Source of the DNA: Acholeplasmataceae bacterium
Lineage (GTDB): Bacteria; Bacillota_I; Bacilli_A; Acholeplasmatales; Acholeplasmataceae
NCBI GenBank assembly: GCA_963675245.1
Contig: OY775910.1
Coordinates: 416,001-480,000, forward strand
Reading direction: 5' to 3'
DNA length: 64,000 bases
Shown here: in pieces, positions 59,612 to 64,000 of the stretch
Layout of the letters: each line of letters opens with the position of its first letter
Position numbering within the stretch: position 1 is the stretch's first letter
Made by a program: the position numbers and the translations under genes
Notes under the pieces: generated by a model
Database searches by the model: none
What the model saw: the letters and a program-made list of their open reading frames with translations, nothing else
Told to the model about the DNA's origin: nothing

Positions 59612-60093
59612 TAGTTAAAAATACCTCCCAAAATCTTTTCGAAAGGTTCCGAAATGCTTGCTTGTTGTTCAGCTTCGTTTTTTCCTTTGATATCAATTGT
59701 GTGAACATAAATATATGCATCTTCTACATCAATCGATAGTGTACCTGGCGTCAATGTAATTGAATTCGCCAATGTCAGTTTTCCAAAATCTCCCTTTAAA
59801 TTTGTTTTAACTTTGACAATGCCTGGATTGAGTGGAATTTTTGGACTTAGAACCCTTCTTGCCACATCTAGATTGGCCAAGACGAGTTTCCAAATGAACA
59901 CTGGAATGTATACAAAAACAAACTTTAACAATCTGATCGGAAACTTTATGTCAATTTTAAAATCGACAAACTTCACTAAAATCAGTGTTAAAGCAGCACT
60001 TATAATACTTCCCAGAATGACTTCTTCCACGATGAAACCTGCCAACAATAAATAAACAAGCAGCAGCGTGATAAAAGTGATGAAATATTTCAT
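59611..60093 (-). CDS. MbxA/MrpE (MnhE)-like subunit
   Basis: ANLDVA, PGIV, LANSITLTPGT, YVH; AGGAGG RBS. Confidence 0.88.
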   Translation of the reverse strand: MKYFITFITLLLVYLLLAGFIVEEVILGSIISAALTLILVKFVDFKIDIKFPIRLLKFVFVYIPVFIWKLVLANLDVARRVLSPKIPLNPGIVKVKTNLKGDFGKLTLANSITLTPGTLSIDVEDAYIYVHTIDIKGKNEAEQQASISEPFEKILGGIFN

Positions 60094-60381
60094 TGCCATC
60101 CTCCTATGTATTTTATATGTACATTTAAAAAGCAATAAACAACACCGAAAAAAGACTTGCTTTTTAAAATATAAACGAATTAAAAAACCTATATATCACA
60201 TAAAAAAACATTTAGTTTTTTGTATTTCTAAACAACGCACGCATTTGCCATCATTATAGCATAAAAATATAGTTAAATTAAAGCGTTTTCTTTAATATAG
60301 AATTTTTATATTTTGAAGTTCAAAAATAATTTGGTAAGATATAAAATCCATGATATATTAATTTATATCGGAGGGTGTGTC

Positions 60382-61275
60382 ATGCAGACAATAAAGACTT
60401 TTAATGAAACATTAAATCAATCAGATGAAGAACGTTTTTTACTTTGGAAAGAATATCGGGAACAATTGACAAAATTCATCATTTCTTATTTAAATCCTAC
60501 AAATAAAGATGCACTCATACTTGGTGCAGGAAATGCTGATGATATCGATCTTTCTTTATTACAGAGTCATTGTCATATGATCTATTTATCAGACGTTGAT
60601 GAAAAAGCACTTTCTTCTGCCATGAACACCTATCATTTGTCAAAAGACCTTGTGACATTACTACCAGCTGAATATACAGGATTAGATGATCATCTATTAT
60701 GGAAAGATTTTATACATGAGGCGTTAAAGGTTAAAAATGAACGTGATGTTGATCAATTAATTGATACCTATAAAAACATCATTATCAACCATACTTTTTT
60801 ACCTGACTATATTCAACAATTTGATCAGATTATCATATCACCTATTTATACACAGTTATTGTTTCATCACTTTGAAACGTCACTACAATTTTTAAAAGAA
60901 TTACATTACCCTATTCGTTTCATAGATTTATTTAGACAATCTTTTCTTAATATGATGACTGTTGTGATTGATGCGTTCAATAAAAACGTCGTTCGTTTAT
61001 TAAAAGAAAAAGGTCAAGTGTTTGTCATTAGTGACATATTTGAATCAACAAAAGGCTCTGAGTTTTTTGAAAACATCAGAACCTTAATTAATCGTCCTAT
61101 TCACATGGATAAGTTTTACCTCGAGTACCAAAACACGCACGGTACTGGTTTAGGTGATTATGGTTTATTAAATATGAATGATTACCTTACACCACAATTA
61201 TCAGAATGGCTCGTTTGGCCATTTACTGATGAACGTCGTCTCATCGTAAAAGTCGTTTTGTATCAAAACGATTAA
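60382..61275 (+). CDS. Hypothetical protein with SAM-methyltransferase-like N-terminal motif
   Basis: ALILGAGNADDIDL...LSDVD; GGAGG RBS. Confidence 0.6.
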   Translation: MQTIKTFNETLNQSDEERFLLWKEYREQLTKFIISYLNPTNKDALILGAGNADDIDLSLLQSHCHMIYLSDVDEKALSSAMNTYHLSKDLVTLLPAEYTGLDDHLLWKDFIHEALKVKNERDVDQLIDTYKNIIINHTFLPDYIQQFDQIIISPIYTQLLFHHFETSLQFLKELHYPIRFIDLFRQSFLNMMTVVIDAFNKNVVRLLKEKGQVFVISDIFESTKGSEFFENIRTLINRPIHMDKFYLEYQNTHGTGLGDYGLLNMNDYLTPQLSEWLVWPFTDERRLIVKVVLYQND

Positions 61276-61643
61276 TACTTCTGTTTTATTGGTATAACTC
61301 CTCTAATACCACCGCTTGGGTCTTTCACATCCCCTTTATATCTTGGTATTAAATGCACATGGGCATGCATCACTGTTTGTCCGGAGGCTTCTCCGTTGTT
61401 AATCCCTATATTATAACCATCCGGGTGATACATATGATCTAACGTATTCTTTAGCCACATGATGGATTCATCAATGGCTTTTTTTTCTTCGTTTGTTAAT
61501 TCGAAATAATCAGCAACATGGCGTTTTGGAATAATGAGAACATGCCCTTTAGACACAGGATATTCGTCCTGAATCGCGAAAATTAAATCATTTTCGTAAA
61601 CAACAAATTTTTGATTTTTAAGAATCTCACAAAAAATACACAT
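61272..61643 (-). CDS. HIT-family hydrolase
   Basis: CIFC, GHVLIIPKRH, GQTVMHAHVHLIPR. Confidence 0.92.
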   Translation of the reverse strand: MCIFCEILKNQKFVVYENDLIFAIQDEYPVSKGHVLIIPKRHVADYFELTNEEKKAIDESIMWLKNTLDHMYHPDGYNIGINNGEASGQTVMHAHVHLIPRYKGDVKDPSGGIRGVIPIKQKY

Positions 61644-61655
61644 TGCTTATTCTCC

Positions 61656-62750
61656 TTACTTGATAACCAAATCTTTCATTAACTTTGTTAAATATGATTT
61701 AGCATCTTTCATGGATGCTTCTTTTTTAGCGTACTTAGGGACTACCGTATAGATTTCATCTAAAGATGCATGATGATCCAGTTCTGACATGCCGAATATA
61801 CCAATTGTTTTCTTTCCTAATTCTTTTGCCATCATAGCAATAGTAATCGGTGCTTTACCAAAATCACTTTGGTTATCTAACTTGCCTTCTCCAACAATCA
61901 CTACATCTGCTTCTTCTATCTTTGTCTTTAAATCTGAAAGTTCAGCAATTAAGTCAATCCCTTTAACAAGTTTCGCTTTTAATAACGAAATCGCACCAAA
62001 ACCAACACCACCAGCAGCACCAGCACCTGGTTCTTTTGAATAGTCTCTATTATAGTGCTTTCTAACGACCTCTGCAAAATGAGTCATGTTCTTTTCTAAG
62101 ACATCTACATCCGCATCACTCGCACCTTTTTGTTTCGCATAGACATGTGCACACCCCGTATCTCCTAATAATGGATTTACGACATCACTGGCGACCACAA
62201 ACTTCGTGCCACTGATTAACTGATCAATAAGCCATGCATCAAACCGATGCACACCGCCAATCATCCGGCCATTCATTTGTTTCGTCATGACCATATCACT
62301 TTCGTCAAAAAAGTCACACCCCATGGCTTGTAGCATACCTGCACCACCATCATTGGTCGCACTACCACCGATACCAAGAATGATTTTTCTAGCACCTCTT
62401 GAAATAGCATCTTTAATTGCTAATCCTACGCCATATGTGGTGTTTTCTAAAGGGTTTAATTGATTAGCTACGCTCATACCTGCAATCGCGTCTAAGCCTA
62501 TATACGCTTCTTTATCATTAAATATATATCTTGTCTGCATCATGTTTCCTGATGGTTCATAAGATAAACACTGTACGTCATCACCTTCAATGTAGGTTTT
62601 GATGACATCTAAAAAATGTTCTCCACCATCAGAGACAGGCACTGTTGTGACGTGATGTTCTTTTTGACTTAAGACTTCGTTTGCCAGTTCGGCAATCTCA
62701 AGTGACGATATAGAACCTTTGAATGAATTAACAGCTACTAATATGTTCAT
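61656..62750 (-). CDS. glxK: Glycerate kinase
   Basis: NSFKGS, PVSDGGE, GIGGSATNDGG, GAGAAGG, GEGKLD. Confidence 0.92.
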   Translation of the reverse strand: MNILVAVNSFKGSISSLEIAELANEVLSQKEHHVTTVPVSDGGEHFLDVIKTYIEGDDVQCLSYEPSGNMMQTRYIFNDKEAYIGLDAIAGMSVANQLNPLENTTYGVGLAIKDAISRGARKIILGIGGSATNDGGAGMLQAMGCDFFDESDMVMTKQMNGRMIGGVHRFDAWLIDQLISGTKFVVASDVVNPLLGDTGCAHVYAKQKGASDADVDVLEKNMTHFAEVVRKHYNRDYSKEPGAGAAGGVGFGAISLLKAKLVKGIDLIAELSDLKTKIEEADVVIVGEGKLDNQSDFGKAPITIAMMAKELGKKTIGIFGMSELDHHASLDEIYTVVPKYAKKEASMKDAKSYLTKLMKDLVIK

Positions 62751-62963
62751 GTGATTTTCCTCGATCTTTCTACCTTCATCATAGCACAATAATCGTAGAT
62801 TGTCCTAAATCCAATGTGCTTCACATGATTTTGCATATATTTTTGAAAACATTTTCAAGTAAAATATGAATACATTTTATGTATTCTGTTGTATGATAAA
62901 TGTAAGTTATCTTTTATTTTGAATATCAAACTATTTATATTATATCTATTGAAGGAGTATTTT

Positions 62964-64000
62964 ATGGCAACAAGATCATTACCAGAAATCATTCAAGGGG
63001 GTATGGGAATCGGCGCATCAAGTATTAGATTAGCCAAGACCGTTTCCAAAGCAGGTTATTTAGGTGTTGTCTCAGGAACCGCTGTAGCAACAACACTGGC
63101 AAGACGTTTACAAGACATAAAAGGAAGAAAAAAATATGTGGACGCGGTGAATCAATTTCCGTTTCCTGAAGTATCAAAAAGAATTATAGAAAAATATGTA
63201 CCAGATTCACACATTGAAAAAATCAAAGCTCGCTTTAGACCTATGGTCATGCCAAGTCTAGATCAACCAGACCATTTAACAGAACTGATGGTGGTTGCTA
63301 ATTTCGTTGAGGTATATTTAGCGAAAAAAGGACATGATGGATTAATCGGTATTAATTTACTAGAAAAAATTCAACTGCCTACACTACCTTCGCTATATGG
63401 TGCAATGCTTGCTGGGGTTGACTACGTCTTAATGGGTGCGGGGATTCCTAAACACATTCCTGGTATCTTAACAAAGTTTGCCAACCACGAAGCTGCCAGC
63501 ATGCCAATTAAGGTTGCTGGTGCGACAGAACCTGTGTTATCAACATTTGATCCCAAAGCCTTTTCCGAAAGTGCTGAATTAGTGGACATCAAAAGACCAC
63601 AATTTCTAGCCATCATCGCTTCAACAACACTCGCACTACATTTATCAAGAAATGAAGAAAGCCGTCCAGATGGATTTGTCGTTGAAATGCCCATCGCAGG
63701 CGGTCATAATGCACCACCTCGTGGTAAATTGCAAGTAAATGAAAACGGTGAACCTATTTATGGTGAACGCGATGAAGTTGATTTAACCGTCTTAAAGGAA
63801 ATTGGTCTTCCCTTCTGGTTAGCAGGTGGTTATGGTAACTATGAGGCTTATGTATACGCAAAAGCACAAGGTGCTGCAGGTATTCAAGTCGGTACTGCTT
63901 TCGCATTCAGTAAGGAATCGGGTATGATACGTTCATTGAAAGAGCGAATCATTAGAGCAGTTAAAAGGGGTGCAGCACATGTGAAAACAGATTTACTCGC
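62964..64000 (+). CDS. Nitronate monooxygenase/FabK-like FMN oxidoreductase (partial, runs off window)
   Basis: Manual translation MATRSLPEIIQGGMGIG...MGAGIP...AGGHN...WLAGG...GIQVGTAF; AAGGAG RBS; absent from the ORF track because there is no stop in the window. Confidence 0.85.
   Translation, partial: MATRSLPEIIQGGMGIGASSIRLAKTVSKAGYLGVVSGTAVATTLARRLQDIKGRKKYVDAVNQFPFPEVSKRIIEKYVPDSHIEKIKARFRPMVMPSLDQPDHLTELMVVANFVEVYLAKKGHDGLIGINLLEKIQLPTLPSLYGAMLAGVDYVLMGAGIPKHIPGILTKFANHEAASMPIKVAGATEPVLSTFDPKAFSESAELVDIKRPQFLAIIASTTLALHLSRNEESRPDGFVVEMPIAGGHNAPPRGKLQVNENGEPIYGERDEVDLTVLKEIGLPFWLAGGYGNYEAYVYAKAQGAAGIQVGTAFAFSKESGMIRSLKERIIRAVKRGAAHVKTDLL

Noticed and set aside
60094..60250. Riboswitch in the mbx leader
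   Set aside because: Very AT-rich with only one inverted repeat; no recognisable aptamer consensus.
61272..61643. HIT protein as part of the DUF2075 defence locus
   Set aside because: Such HIT genes can accompany defence loci, but this one is about 13 kb away and co-oriented with glycerate kinase.

Overview
AT-rich bacterial chromosomal segment, most likely from an Acholeplasmatales/Izemoplasmatales-type (wall-less Bacilli) organism using the standard code, since TGA serves as a stop (inference). Left part: front half of an F1Fo ATP synthase operon with a Na+-type c subunit and an unannotated 35-aa membrane ORF, then upp, rpiB, typA, a MqsR / MqsA-Panacea toxin-antitoxin locus, a MerR/TipA regulator, tsaC-prmC-prfA, dps, an rsgA-family gene with a leader-peptide attenuator, and assorted accessory hydrolases, transporters, regulators and lipoproteins. 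Middle: two paralogous CPBP (Abi/CAAX) protease genes bracket a small XRE regulator that is divergent from a ~550-nt non-coding transcription unit. That unit has a promoter, a boxA-like motif, a 26-bp closing helix, internal hairpins and a terminator, and resembles a ROOL-type large structured RNA. It is followed by a very AT-rich ~17-kb defence region: a truncated ATPase relic, Hachiman (hamAB), an MFS gene, and an 8-gene operon DUF2075 helicase - AIPR/HRDC - MTaX1-like - C5 DNA methylase - MORC ATPase - Z1 - DUF4420 - HEPN-like protein (an expanded Mza-like system). Right part: a complete 13-gene MBX/MBS-type (complex I/Mrp-related) operon ending in an MbxN-GltD fusion, then a HIT protein, glycerate kinase and a nitronate monooxygenase-family gene cut by the window edge. 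No rRNA, tRNA, CRISPR array, integrase or transposase was recognised. All family calls come from motif recognition by eye, not database searches.
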